In this document: positions 48,401 through 63,800 of the stretch, one piece after another
Numbering within the stretch: position 1 is the stretch's first letter
Layout: each line of letters opens with the position of its first letter
Assembly (NCBI GenBank): GCA_964016885.1
Contig: OZ024744.1
Location: forward strand, 124,992,001-125,056,000
Direction: 5' to 3'
Length of the DNA: 64,000 bases
Source of the DNA: Eledone cirrhosa
Lineage: Eukaryota
Program-made: the position numbers and the translations under genes
Notes under the pieces: model-generated
Databases searched by the model: none
What the model saw: the letters and a program-made list of their open reading frames with translations, nothing else
Told to the model about the DNA's origin: nothing

Positions 48401-51400
48401 ATATATATACTAGCAGTGGTACCCGGCGTTGCACGGGATAACGTATTTCGGAACGCGGGCCGCCATCTTCCACTTCAGCCGGTCGCCCTAAAGTGTTGGC
48501 TATTCAGTCTACTTGAGGCCAGTTGGTGAGGGGGGGTAAAGCTTTCAGTGTGCTACTACCCTCACGGTCAAATAGAAAGGGAGAGGAAGAAAAGTCAGCG
48601 TTAATATCGTGCTACACGTTTGAAAGGTTGGATGACCTTAGAGTTCACCAGGGTGGGGGGTTCTAAAAGTATCTATCTTGGTATTTTATCTTAGAAGTAA
48701 TCATTACAGAGTGTACTGGGTGTATTTTAGTGGGCAGTAATTCCATAAAGAACACAGTATAATCTGTGGACACAAGCCTTGCAGTGTGATTACAGGCAGG
48801 TTAATGGGAAAGATAGATTATATATGTGACATGATGTACATGAGAAGTGAGGACACAGACCACACATGAAATAGATTCCTACAACTGTCAGGGAGGCTCC
48901 CTAGAATTACAGATGACATATTTCAATATCTCGGTGATCAAGTTAGCAGTGGAGGAAGAATCTCTAAAAGTGTAATACCCAGGATAAGGACAGGCTGGAA
49001 GAAGTTTAGAGTACTGTTCCATCTGTTGACAACAAAGGGCTTCTCTCTCAGAATGGAGGCTAGACTGCTTGATACTTATGTGTGGTCTGCAATCTACACC
49101 CCAGCCATGCCCCTTCCACTACCACTCCTTAGCTATTTCTCTCCATTAATACTCCTCACATTTCAAGCAGTTTTCTCATCTCAATGAAAGAAAAATATTG
49201 GGCTCAAGAGAAGTCTTCAGTTATGCCATGGTGTGGCAACCTCCCTAGGGTTGGGCAGAGTGTAAATGAGAGTGAAATTAGGTATGAGAGGGATCAGATG
49301 CAGTATACAAGAGAGTAGATTACATTGGTATGGTCATGTGATGGGTATAAAGGATGACAGCTGTATAAAAATGTGCTGGGCAATCAAAGTTGATGGAAGT
49401 TATGAAGGCGGAAGACCTAGGATGACCTGGGATGAGGTGATAAAAGATGACTTTGCACAATTGCAACTCTCAAAGACAATGACACAGGATAGAGATCTTA
49501 TTTATGTTTATTTACGTTTAGCGTAATCGATTTGTTTTCGATTTGTTTCCATATCACCACGCGTTTTATTTCATAGTCATAGTTATCAAGTTAGAAAACA
49601 AATGAAGTTCAGGGGGCCGACACTACCGACTTTCTTAAAGAAAAACAATTTAACGCGGGTAACTACAAGATAGGCATCAGTAGTAGTAGCTCCCTAAACT
49701 GTTTCCATCCCATTCTCACTCAGGCTACTGTACCTTCAGAACACCCACCTCCACTGTTAATTTGGTTAATTAAGTTAACAGAAATTATGAACCGGTTTCT
49801 ACAGAGCCTTCTGGACATTTAACCCTTTAGCATTTAAACCAGCCATACCTAGCCAGAATACTCTCACATCTTTCTGTTCAAACCAGCCATAACTGGCCAC
49901 TCATACTGACGTTAAGGTATTGTTCTCAATATAAATAATATCAAAATCTCATAGATTCGATATTATATGAGATAATTATGTAAGATAAAGCCTTTACCAC
50001 AAAAATACAATAGTATATATAGAGTAATAAAAATGCTAAAGGGTAAAAGTAGCTTATTATTTTGTGAGCTCTTGCTACTTATTGCTCTTGTGCATCAAGA
50101 ACATACACAGCTTACATTTTGTTGCTAATCTCACTGAGATCCAACTACATCTCTTGTTTATCCATAGTTTGGAATTTCTACCTACTCCTTTCCTTTAGAA
50201 TGATCAAGGCCATTTTCTTGTGGGGATCTAGGCCCTGTTTTCCTTTCTATTTTGCCAAGTTATCTTACATCACTTTCATTCTAGACCATGCTTCCAGGTT
50301 TGGAATTTCTCCTCTAATTTTACCACAGATTAAGTGACAAGGGTTCAATCATGTGCATACAGGAGTTCCCATGGACAGCCAGTAATATGTAATAGCCTGC
50401 AGGATGATAATAAACAGAAGAGGGTTAATTACAGAGCCCTGATAGAGGGTTAATAACAGAGCCCTGATAGACTTGTTCACTCAACTCCTCACTATAGCCA
50501 TCATTACTTTTAACCTTACTGACTGCTCCTCCATACATGGCTTTTACTGCTCTCACAAGCCACTCATATACCCCTAGTTTTCTAAGTTATACACCAGATT
50601 AGGGAAGGGGGAAGTCTCACAGAAGCTCTCTCTGGGTCAACAAATGCCAAGTAGAGGGGCTTATTTTAGCTAGGTACTACTCTTGCAGTTGCCACACAAG
50701 GAAGAGGACATCAGTGGTACTTTTACCTGGCACAAATCCAAACTTCATCTCATCTAGGTTAACTTGGTCCCTAATCAGCTGTGTTATAAATCTAACACCT
50801 TCATGAAGTGGTCCATCTAATATCTCTATAGTTTTCTAGCTCTAGTACATCTCCTTTGCCCTTGTAGCAGTTGATGATGATGATACTACACCATTTATTT
50901 GGTATGACACCATTTTGTATTACATGCTGTACGATACCAGTGGTTAAGATGTGACCCACCATCCCAGATACTTTCAGTATCTCAGCAACTATCACCAATG
51001 GACAAGATACTTTCTCTGTCTTCATATCCTTAATTACCTTACTTCATATCCTTAATTACCTTACTGCTTACTTGTATGGCTGGACCCTCTGTTGGGCCCA
51101 CTTTCCGTAGACTATCTTCCTCCCATGCATTCTCCTCATTCAGTAATCTTTCATAAAGGCATTTCCATGTTACAAAGGTTGGCTGAAAAGTTCATAGACT
51201 ATCAATGATAGCATGATGCTAGAGCTGTGAAATCTTGCCTGCATTAATTTCAACTCTTCTTATTAATAACTGCATTGTTTCCTTCCAGGGACTATGTTGA
51301 AAAATAAACCTCATTTGGTCATTCCATGAGTGTATCTTGGTCTGCCTATGAACTTTTCAGCTGACCCTATTCAGCATCAGTGAGCCCAAATGCCCCATTA

Positions 51401-53172
51401 TCATCCTGGACACACTTTACCCCAACATCACAATTTGCCCTCACACACTGCCTCACAATCCTGAACATCTCATGTATTTCATCCTCACATCATAAAACCA
51501 ACTGAAATTATATATTCTCTGCTTCCCTCCTTGCAAAGAATACTTCTTGCCTAGCTTCCTGTAGTGTACCCTCCAGCTGCCTCCATTCTGCCATTATTCC
51601 ATGCCTGTCTCTTGGCCTTAACTGTCTCATCTACCCTAGTGTTTCACCACCAAGATACTCTCCTCTCTGAAGCCCTGCTCCAGCCACAGATCTAGTTTGA
51701 CACCTTCAGCAAAGGTTCTTTAAGGAACTCCCACTGTTCCCCTATATTGTATGTTTCTATTTGTTCTTCCTTACTGTTGTAAAGATCAAACAAAATATCT
51801 CTAAATTTGGAACTGGCTGAGGGGTCCTTTAACTTCCATATCCTTCTCCTCCAAGTTGCCCTCAGTCTTCAAGTTCATCTAAGTCTATGAAATCACTAAC
51901 TACTGGGTTATGTTGGGAGGTGCATTCTTCCCCAGGGGGTGGGGATTGTGTGTTTACAAATGTCAATATCTCATCTTCTGGTGAGGATAAAAATCTGACT
52001 GGCATGCTCCTCTGACCAATAGGTGTTGAAGTGGTTGTCGGGTAAACGTTAAGACCCTCTGATATACATATATATATATATACTAGCAGTGGTACCCGGC
52101 GTTGCACGGGATAACGTATTTCGGAACGCGGGCCGCCATCTTCCACTTCAGCCGGTCGCCCTAAAGTGTTGGCTATTCAGTCTACTTGAGGCCAGTTGGT
52201 GAGGGGGGGTAAAGCTTTCAGTGTGCTACTACCCTCACGGTCAAATAGAAAGGGAGAGGAAGAAAAGTCAGCGTTAATATCGTGCTACACGTTTGAAAGG
52301 TTGGATGACCTTAGAGTTCACCAGGGTGGGGGGTTCTAAAAGTATCTATCTTGGTATTTTATCTTAGAAGTAATCATTACAGAGTGTACTGGGTGTATTT
52401 TAGTGGGCAGTAATTCCATAAAGAACACAGTATAATCTGTGGACACAAGCCTTGCAGTGTGATTACAGGCAGGTTAATGGGAAAGATAGATTATATATGT
52501 GACATGATGTACATGAGAAGTGAGGACACAGACCACACATGAAATAGATTCCTACAACTGTCAGGGAGGCTCCCTAGAATTACAGATGACATATTTCAAT
52601 ATCTCGGTGATCAAGTTAGCAGTGGAGGAAGAATCTCTAAAAGTGTAATACCCAGGATAAGGACAGGCTGGAAGAAGTTTAGAGTACTGTTCCATCTGTT
52701 GACAACAAAGGGCTTCTCTCTCAGAATGGAGGCTAGACTGCTTGATACTTATGTGTGGTCTGCAATCTACACCCCAGCCATGCCCCTTCCACTACCACTC
52801 CTTAGCTATTTCTCTCCATTAATACTCCTCACATTTCAAGCAGTTTTCTCATCTCAATGAAAGAAAAATATTGGGCTCAAGAGAAGTCTTCAGTTATGCC
52901 ATGGTGTGGCAACCTCCCTAGGGTTGGGCAGAGTGTAAATGAGAGTGAAATTAGGTATGAGAGGGATCATATGCAGTATACAAGAGAGTAGATTACATTG
53001 GTATGGTCATGTGATGGGTATAAAGGATGACAGCTGTATAAAAATGTGCTGGGCAATCAAAGTTGATGGAAGTTATGAAGGCGGAAGACCCAGGATGACC
53101 TGGGATGAGGTGATAAAAGATGACTTTGCACAATTGCAACTCTCAAAGACAATGACACAGGATAGAGATCTT
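42433..53172. repeat. Tandem triplication of a 3651/3673-bp block (MITE + RTE fragments + Helitron)
   Basis: Units start TTAATTTGGTTAATTAAG at 42433, 46084 and 49757. Identical ORFs at 42795/46446/50119. Confidence 0.95.
44737..45022 (-). mobile_element. Non-autonomous Helitron (~286 bp); copies at 48410-48695 and 52083-52368; stub at 9534-9547
   Basis: Minus-strand 3' end ATCCCGTGCAACGCCGGGTACCACTGCTAG|T. The candidate 5' end TCTAAGATAAAA is less certain. Confidence 0.6.
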
Positions 53173-53230
53173 GAGATGTATGCAGCAATACAGAAGGCCT
53201 GCTTTCCAATGTGCACGGACTCAAACATAC
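52450..53230 (+). mobile_element. RTE 3' fragment; truncated copies at ~45100-45826 and ~48775-49499
   Basis: RIRTGWKKFR and IQESRLHWYGHVM..GGRPRMTWDEVIKDD..QDRD. Confidence 0.75.
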
Positions 53231-53299
53231 ATCTAGTAGGCCCCTCCTAACCACTATACTCCTTTCCAAACTCCCACACTCCCACTTCTGTACACACCA

Positions 53300-53870
53300 C
53301 CTTTAGACTGTAAAGTGGTAGTGTACAAGTCACAACAAAAGCACCCAGTCCACTCTGTAAAGTTGATGTGTTGGTGTCATAACAAAAGGCACTCAGTCCA
53401 CTCTGTAAAGAGGTTGTGTAAGTGTCACAACAAAGACATCTAGTCCACACTGTAAAGTGGTCATGTAGGTGTCACAACAAAAAGTACCAGTCATTATTGT
53501 AAAGTGGTTGTATAGGTGTCATAACAAAAAGCACCCAGTCGACACTGTAAAGTGGTTGTGTAGGTGTCAGAACCAAAAGCACCCAGTCCACCCTGTAAAG
53601 TGGTTGTGTAGGTGTCATGATAAAAAGCACCCAGTCCACACAGTAAAGTGGTCATGTAGGTGTCACTAAAAAAGCACCCAGTCTACTCTGTAAAGTGGTC
53701 ATGTAGGTGTCATGACAAATAGCACCCAGTCCACCCTGTAAAGTGTTCATGTAGGTGTCATGATGGAGAGTAACCAGTCCACAATGTAAAGTAGCCATGT
53801 AGCTGTCACAACAAAGCACCCAGTCCACACTGTAAAGTGGTCATGTAGGTGTCATTTCAAAAAGCACCCA
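53300..53870 (+). repeat. ~48-bp minisatellite, ~12 copies
   Basis: AAAAGCACCCAGTCCACACTGTAAAGTGGTTGTGTAGGTGTCA repeated; the related motif occurs in reverse at 24150-24300. Confidence 0.85.
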
Positions 53871-54101
53871 GGTCCATGGCTTGGCCTGCTAACCGACGCT
53901 ATACCCAAGTCGGTCGCCATGCTTTCCAGCATAGAGTTACGTCTCTTTATGGTCTGAGTTCAAATCACGCCGAGGTTAACTTTGCCTTTCATCCTTACGG
54001 GGTCGATAAAATAAAGCACCAGTAATGTACTGGGGTCGATTTAATCGACTTTCCCCTCCTCTGCCAAATGACACACACATGCATGGTTCGGGGGAACCTA
54101 C

Positions 54102-54149
<48 letters not shown>

Positions 54150-55028
54150 GTAGGTCACTGGTTGAGTCGGTATTAACCACAGTAACTAAGGTACTCAATA
54201 CATATTAGATATAGGTGTCTTTCTAATTGCTGGCCTTGTTCATAAGGTATACACAAGTATGATGTGTGTCTGTTTAACTGTACGTGTGAAAACATCGCGA
54301 AATTGCGCCTTTTAATATTTGAATATAAACAGTTAAAAAATAATTATTTTAGTAATTTTTAAATATCGATAATGTGTATATAAATATTAGAAATCAATTT
54401 AATTAGTTCAGTAACATTACTCGGAGTTAAGATAAACCTTCATTTGAAGAAATTCGAGATTTGACCAAATAAATAGATTATGTGATCAATAAAAAAAATA
54501 TGTATACGCGCTGTGACGACGGGTTGCAGACAGTCAGGCATACAGACACATATTTTAAAGCGTGCGACGTTAAAAGTCTTACTCTCTCTCTTTTTAGATA
54601 GATAGACTTAATTAAAGCAGTTTCACTCTCTCTATATTTCATCAGCTCCCTCTCTCTTAAATTGAAAGATTCATTAAGGCTGAAATAATCTAAACAGTAA
54701 CATCATTTTTCGCCAGCTCTAGCTTGCGTCCAGAGATATACACACACATATATATATATTTTTTTTGTTATCGAGTTGAGCTTTGCCAAGCATAGAATTC
54801 CAAATTTGACCATCTCCACTGAAAATGTTCGTGAAATAGTCTTTAAGAAGCAATTTAATTTTTTCCAACTGAAACTGTAAGTATTTTAAAATTTATTTCA
54901 ACATGGTCTTAAAAGATTGTTGGCTTTTTTTAAATTCATAACTATTTACTATGAAATATAAATTATTAAATCCAATTTATTTGATAACCATGATTTGATT
55001 TTATAATTACCTGAATCACGTTAACATG

Positions 55029-55075
<47 letters not shown>

Positions 55076-55328
55076 GTGTGTGTATATATATATATATATA
55101 ATAATTGTTTCTACGTTACGCAGTGTATTACTGGTACTGTATTTTACGATATTAAATATTAAATATTAACTATTAGATATTAAATATTAGATATTAGATA
55201 TTAAATATTAAATATTAAATATGATATCCCTGAAATATATATAATGAAATAAATATGGTTTTATAAATGTAATTTCCATTTGTTTAATATCAAATATATA
55301 TATATATATATATATGTATTTATGTATA

Positions 55329-55396
<68 letters not shown>

Positions 55397-55623
55397 GCAG
55401 ACACAGACACAGAATATCGTATATATCACACACACACAATTAAGATTTGACGTGTTGCAGACAGCCAGACATACAGAGAGATATTTTAAAGCGTGCGACC
55501 TTACATTTCTTACTCTTTCTCTTATCAAAAGAGAAAGAGTAATGCTAACACTTACGTCTACTTCACGCTCTCTTGAACCGTTACAGAAATTGCATCACAT
55601 CTAATTATAACTTTGTACGTTTG

Positions 55624-55696
<73 letters not shown>

Positions 55697-55702
55697 GCAC
55701 AC

Positions 55703-55735
<33 letters not shown>

Positions 55736-55738
55736 CAC

Positions 55739-55792
<54 letters not shown>

Positions 55793-55916
55793 GTGTGTGT
55801 GTGTATATATATACACACACACGTGTATATATATATATATATATACACACACACGTGTGTATATATATATATATATATATACACGTGTGTGTGTATATAT
55901 ATATATATATATACAC

Positions 55917-55947
<31 letters not shown>

Positions 55948-55950
55948 CAC

Positions 55951-56000
<50 letters not shown>

Positions 56001-56061
56001 GTGTGTGTGTGTATATATATACACACACACGTGTATATATATATATATATATACACACACA

Positions 56062-56104
<43 letters not shown>

Positions 56105-56474
56105 GTGTGTGTATATATATATATATCTGTCTCTCTCCCTGTCTCTCACTCTGCCTCTATCCCCCTCTCTCTCTCTGTCTCTCCCCCCCCCCCCTCTCTC
56201 TCCTCTCTCTAGTAGTAGAGAGAGAGAGAGATATAAACGTATAACCCTAAACCTAACCCATCTCTCTCACTCTCTCTCTCCCCCTCTCTCTCTCTTCTCT
56301 CTCTCACTCTCCCTCTACCCCTCCCTCTCTCTATTTCTCTCTCTCTCTCTCCAGTAGTAGAGAGAGACAAAGAGAGAGAGAGATATAAACGTATAACCCT
56401 AACCAAACCCTAACCCAACTCTAACCCAACCCTAACCCTAACCCCAACCCTAACTCTAACCTAACCCTAACCCA

Positions 56475-56505
<31 letters not shown>

Positions 56506-58808
56506 ACCCCCTCTCTCTCTCTCTAGTAGTAGAGAGAGAGACAAAGAGAGAGAGAGAGATATAAACGTATAACCCTAACCCATCTCTCTCTCTCTATTTC
56601 TCCCCCCCCTCTCTCTCTCTCTAGTAGTAGAGAGAGAGAGACAAAGAGAGAGAGAGATATAAACGTATAACCCTAACCCAACCCTAACCTCTCTCTCTCC
56701 CCCCTCTCTCTCTCTATTCCCCCCCTCTCTCTCTCTCTCTAGTAGTAGAGAGAGAGACAGAGAGAGAGAGATAGATATAAACGTATAACCCTAACCCAAC
56801 CCTAACCCATCTCTCTCTCTCTCTCTCTCTCTCTTTGTTTTTAACATTGTTTTGTTTTTCTTTTCTTTTCTTATTCAGATGACAAACGGCAGAGGATACA
56901 ACAGAAGAAAAGAACAAAGATAATTATTATTATTATTACTATTATTATTTGTTTTATTATAATCAAAATATGCTGTTAGTTAGATCTGCATTGCGTACAT
57001 TTTATATAATTTATGCCAGTTCCTTTTCTGCATATCGAACATGGCCATTTCCCTGACGGAATAGAGTTTTGTCCTCTTTCGTGACACAAAGTACAGCCAG
57101 CGGCATCATTGCGGACAGACTTAATCCCGAATTGCACTGACACACTGCCTCGCAATACGGAACACCGCACGTCTTTGATCTTCTTCCCGTCGATCAGCCT
57201 CCTTGCCATGCTAAGTACACCTGACGTCTAGCTTCTCTCTTAGCGGCGGCTTTATATTCTTCTCTACTCCCACTAATTTTCCAAGCATTCCATGCTAGCC
57301 TTTAGTCTCCAATGGCCCGATCTACCGTGCTGTCCCACCACCATGTCACTCTCTGTCTGGTTGGAACTCTGATCCAGCCACAAGTTTAATCAGTAGCCTG
57401 CAATAAGTTGTCACATAAGAAAATCGAGTTCTCATGTATGTCATACGACTGTGAATCGTCTTCTTTTTCGTCATACACATATTGAAGGGCTTTCCTAAAT
57501 TTCTATTTTAGTGAAATCTCTTTTAGCTTCCAGACCTTTCTTTTTTCCACATCTTCCTGTATGTCTCAATCATACCTGGAGCTGTCCAACATGACCATTG
57601 AAATCCCCTGCTAGCATAACGATGTCTCCGTCCTGTCATTGTGGCTGTTTGTAAAATTTGCTTGTAAATGAAGTCTTTCTTTTCTTTACCTAGCAGAAGC
57701 AATTAACACTAACCCAACTGTAACACTAACCCTAACACTAACTTATGCAGGCCTAGGTAAAGACAAGAAAGATAAAACAAGGAGTGATGCTTCTTGAATT
57801 TTGTGATGCAAGTGTTTTAACCATTTGCAAAACCAACTTCCACAAACCTGCCTCACTGCCGCCTAATAACCTACAAATCAGGCAAGCACAGAAGCCGGAT
57901 TTCTCGGTAGTTAGGCAGCGAGACAGACAGATGGGGTGTGAAGTACCAGGGTGTGCCCCGGGGAGGAATGTTTCCCACAGCGTGGGTTGGTTGTTGGTGA
58001 TGTCTCGGTTATCTTGAGACGGAGTGAGACGTGCAGGAATACTCTCACGGAATCGCCAAATGAGGTTTATTTTTCAACATAGTCCCTGGAATGAAACAAT
58101 GTGGTTATTAAGAAGAATTGAAATTAATGTAAGATTTCACAGATCTATGATCAATCCTTCACAGTCAGCTTACAAAGTTTTCAGCCAAACCTTGTGTATT
58201 TCCAACATTTCAAACCCTATCTAGGACTACATTATCTAATGTACAGTACAGTAGTTAGTATTAGTGGCTATCAGACATAGTGTATCTAAATGCAACATTT
58301 TTAACATTGTTTTTTTTTTCTTTTCTTTTCTTTTCTTATTCAGATGACAGACGGCAGAGGATACAATAGAAGAAAAGAACAATGATAATTATTATTATTA
58401 TTATTGTTGTTATTCCTTGAATCTCAGTCATTGATGTTGGTTAACTGGAAAGTCCGTTGGAATGAATATCAAGCCACTACCTGCAGCCTCAGATATTCAG
58501 GACGTATCGGAGGGTTCTTGCTGTTCCAAGCAAGCATGCCTTTTGAAGCGTTCCAAAAAGCGTGAAGGGGCCGATTTTCTTTAACCATCCCTGGAAACTT
58601 TTGGAGATGGACAAAAAACTGGAACACAATAGACCTGACCTGGTGGTTGTGGACAAAGAAAAAAGATCGTGTCTGATTGTGGATGTGGCCTGCCCGTTCA
58701 ACACGAGAGTGCAAGAGAAGGAGAGGGAGAAAATTAACCGATACCAGGACCTAAAGTGGGAGGTGAAAAGGATTTGGAACTGCCATGAAGTCAAAGTGAT
58801 CCCGATTG

Positions 58809-58852
<44 letters not shown>

Positions 58853-60364
58853 TATTATTTGTTTTATTATAATCAAAATATGCTGTTAGTTAGATCTGCA
58901 TTGTGTACATTTTATATAATTTATGCCAGTTCCTTTTCTACATATCGAACATGGCCATTTCCCTGACGGAATAGAGTTTTGTCCTCTTTTCTACTCATCA
59001 ACACTCATTCGTGACACAAAGTACAGCCAGCGGCATCATTGCGGACAGACTTAATCCTGATTTGCACTGACACACTGCCTCGCAATACGGAACACCGCAC
59101 GTCTTTGATCTTCTTCCCGTCGATCAGCCTCCTTGCCATGCAAAGTACACCTGACGTCTAGCTTCTCTCTTAGCGGCGGCGGCTGTATATTCTTCTCTAC
59201 TCCCACTAATTTTCCAAGCATTCCATGCTAGTCTTTAGTCTCCAATGGCCCGATCTACAGTTTCTGTCTCAACTCGTCTATGCTTGGTCGTTCCCGCACA
59301 TTGACATTGCACATCCAACGGAGCATGCTTGCTTCATTTCTCTCCAGCCGTCGCATGTCCTCTGCAGTTGCTGCCCGTGTCTCACTACCATGCAGCATCG
59401 CGCATCTAAACCTGGCCCTTACCCTAACCCCAACCTCTTTGGTTTTCGTTTTCTCGACGGCTAGCCGCATTTCGTGATCCGCCTTTCGATTGCGCTTCCG
59501 TCGCGGCAAAAGAATTGCCTTTCCAGACCGCCGTCGCCCGACCGGACCCATGATAGAAGACGTTCGTTACCGTTGGAGCAACGCAAATTACTCCTCGGTT
59601 GACGCCAAAAACGAACGCCTTCCCGCCTCGCGCCGCCTTCTCCTCGCCGACCCTCGGCCTCGACGATTAGCCACTTTCCGTCACAGCAGTAGATACGCGT
59701 CCGTCGTAATAGCCGTCATTTTAACGCAGGAGAAACGCCTAATTGCCCTGCACCGCGTTTGACGGCGATCTACGACGGCGACGATGCGCGCACTCTTCCT
59801 TGCTGCGACGAAGGTTTCGGCTTTTCGTCGTGGACCCGGTCAGGTCATGCCGCTGACCTCGCGTTACGGCGACGCGAGAAGACGTTCGTTACCGCTGGAG
59901 CAACGCAAATTACTCCTCGGTTGACGCCAAAAACGAACGCCTCGCGCCGCCGCTTCCTCCTCGGCCTCGACGATTAGCCGCTTTCCGTCACAGCAGTAGA
60001 TACGCGTCCATCGTAATAGCCGTCATTTTAACGCAGGAGAAACGCCTTGACGACGATATACGACGGGTCGACGACGCGCGCACTCTTTCTGCTGCGACGA
60101 AGGTTTTGGCTTTTCGTTGTGGACCCGGTCGGGTCATGCCTCTGACCTCGCGTTGCGTCGCCACCGCCGCGGCGGGCTTGGGTTTAGCCGTAGCTACCCT
60201 CGTTTTGCCAACGGCGACGCGAGAAGACGTTCGTTACCGCTGGAGCAACGCAAATTACTCCTCGGATGAGGCCAAAAACGAACGCTGAAGAGATATTGTC
60301 CATGGATATCGGGAATTTTACCCGCCCTAGATAGATAGATAGATAGGGATGTATGTATGTATGT

Positions 60365-60404
<40 letters not shown>

Positions 60405-60783
60405 GTATGTATCTTTCTCATTCTCTCTGTATGTATGTATGTATGTATATATATATAATTATATATTTATAGACATCCTGAAAGCTTTTTAAATGTCTGA
60501 GAGATTGGCTAAATATGTTTTGCAGGTATGACCAGTAAGAGAGAGGTAAGTTATTTCAAAACAATTCTTTGACCATTATTTTAAGGTACTATCTCAGTGT
60601 ATTTTTAAATTGACCTCTTGATAGGATGAAATGACCTGTATAATTTTTTTCATATTTAGATGGAATAGAAGAAAAACAAGAAAAATGAAATGAATTCAAA
60701 CAGAAAATATACACCAATGCCAATGGAGGTATGATTTCAGTTTAATCTTAACCTAATGACCACTTTACAGAGTGTACTGGATA

Positions 60784-60858
<75 letters not shown>

Positions 60859-63800
60859 AGGAAGCTCCAACCGTTAAGGTTGTCTTTCCATTTATTAATA
60901 TATTGTGTATTTACTCCACTAAACTGTTGAGTGCTTTATATCAGTTATAAAAAAATTTCAGCTTGTTGAATCCCAAAATAGTTGTTGAAACAGCCACAGC
61001 TCAGCCGTCGGGGTCCTGAATATTTATCATATATATATACGTATGAGTGTGTGTGTTTTGAGAATTAATAATTATATAAACAAGTTTGTAATGAACAATT
61101 TATTTCTTATCAAAACTGTATAAACATGATATTATTTACAGTAAGAATAACAATAATAATGATGGTTTCTAGTAAAGGTGGAAGGCCAGTAATTTGGGGG
61201 AGGGGAAAGTTGATTAAATCGAAGAGAGAAAGAAAGAAAAAACAGAACGGGAAGGAGAGGGGATGGCAAGAGGTCCGGTGTCGCAGGAGAGAGGGGAGGG
61301 TGGTTGAGCTTTGAGTCTAGGGCAAGAGGGCAGAAATGCTGCGCCCCACGGATAAGACGGCAAAAATATTCTCGCGGACGATGGCCAGAGATACCCAATG
61401 CAACAACCACCCAACCTCGCGGTGTTCCCTCCTCAGATGGGCTGCTGACTCTCCGATCTTTTGGAGGAGCTCGGCAGTACAAGGTCCAAGTACTCCTGGG
61501 GTCTCGACGTTGACTGGTGCAGAGAGGAAGTGGCCGGACAATCCTCGGTATTTGTTTATTTTACGTTCTTCTGCGAGGTGGGCTGCGATGCCGGGGTTTG
61601 TGACCGAAACGACTTGGAAACGAAGTTGTAGGCGGAGATTGTGTCGTAGCTGGTGGTGTCCCAGATGAGGGACCTACGTCCTTCGAATGGGAAGAGAGTG
61701 ATTCCGTCGGGGCGCTTGCCATCTCCGGGACCTGTTGGCCCCAGTTGTGATGGGAAGCCAGCTGCGTCCAGGCTTCTTCTCAATATGTCGTTGACAACGA
61801 CGTGTATCTATTCAATAATTATTTGAATATTGAAATTTTAGGTTTAACTACCTTTTAAACCAAATACATTAAGAAAGGCATGACCAACACCACATCATTT
61901 TTATTTCTATTTTGAAAGTAGGTTTATAAGTATTAAATTTCAGTAGATTCTTATATCCTTCATGGTGGTCTGGTGGGAGATACGAGAGATGGTGGAGGTT
62001 CTGGTCTGGGGTTCAATCCTGCTCAGGAGATACTCTAAGGGGGTTCATACTAAACTTCTTCAGTGTTTCTTATCTCTAGAGACAAATATATATACATAAG
62101 GTAATCTGGTAAAGTTGTTAGAACATCACATAGAATTCTTTGTAGTATTTTTTCCAGTTCTTCAATCTGAGTTCAACTTTACTTTTCTTCCATTCGGGGT
62201 TGATAATAACGTACCAGTCAAATACTAGGGGTTAATTCTTCCTCTATATCTCTTTCTCACTCTCTGTCTGTTTTATTAAGACCTGGAGAGGTGATGTACT
62301 CTACCAGGTTTTATAATGAGTGATGGGGTCATACCTGCCTGCTACACCTCTGTGTACTAAGTGTAGCATATTATATCCTTGTTCAGGGCCTTCCTGACAT
62401 TACTGTGTACTAAGGGTAGCATTTTATATCCTTGTTCAGGGCCATCTTAACATTGCTGTGTACTAAGTGTAGCATATTATATCCTTGTTCGGGGCCTTCC
62501 TGACATTAGTGTGTACTGAGTGTAGATTTTAACATCCTTGTTCTGGGCCTTCCTAACATTACTGTGTACTGAGTGTAGATTTTAACATCTTTGTTCAGAG
62601 CCTTCCTTACATTACTGTGTACTAAGTGTAGCATTTCATATACTTGTTCTGGGCCTTCCTAACGTTACTGTGGAAATAGTAGTTTATATCCAATATGTAA
62701 TATAGATATGGATTCTACAGGACTAAAACTCATTAATATGAGGGGTATTAGTAGATTATATGCCATATTTAATAGAGAAATGGCTTCTACAAGACTAAAA
62801 CTCATTAATATGAGGGGTATTACAGTTTATATGCCATATTTAATACAGAAATGGCTTCTAAAGGACTAGAACTCTTTAAATTGAATAAAATAGTAGTATA
62901 TATCCTATGTTTAATACAGAAATGCCTTCTAAAGGACTCATTAATATGAGGGTATTAGTAGATTATATAACATATTTAATACAGAAATGGCTTTTAAATT
63001 CAGGGACTCGTTAATTTGATGGAAATAGTAGTGTCTATGCAATATTTAATACAGAAATAGCTTCTACAGGACTAAAACTAATTAATATGAGGGGTATTAG
63101 TAGTATATGTGCCATATTTAATACAGAGATGGCTTCTAAATGGAGGTATCTCATTAATTCGATTGAAATGGTAGTGTATATGCAATATTTAATACAGAAA
63201 TAGCTTCTACAAGAATAAAACTCATTAATATGAAGGTTATTATTACATTATATGCCATATTTAATACAGAAATCGGTTCTAAAGGACTAGAACTCTTTAA
63301 TTCAAATCAAATAGTAGTATAAAGCAATATTTACTACAGAAATGGCTTCTACAAGACTAAAAATCCTTAATATGAGGGGTATTGTTAGATTATATACCAT
63401 ATTTAATACAGAAATGGCTTCTAAATGAAGAAATCTCTTTAATTCGATAGTAATAGTAATAATAATAATAGTAATAGTAATAATACAGCCAATTTTCCAC
63501 GCAATACTTTTAGTTAGCACCCCGAACGCATAATTGGGAATATAATCACTTATTTCCTAATGTTTGTTGAGTGAGTTGGGAAAAAAAACTTGGGAAATAT
63601 ATTTTCAGGGTCTCAAAATCTTAAAGAGAAAAAAAAGTCCTGTGGAAGGTAGCAAAACAATTAGGAAGAAAATGGTTTGAAGTTGGTTGGTGAGTATAAG
63701 ATTACAGTATCTTGTTGATTTCTATAAAGTTTACTTTTAACTGAATTGGTAAAAATGGATAAATTAGAAGACACAATATAATAACTAATATTGTCTTCTA

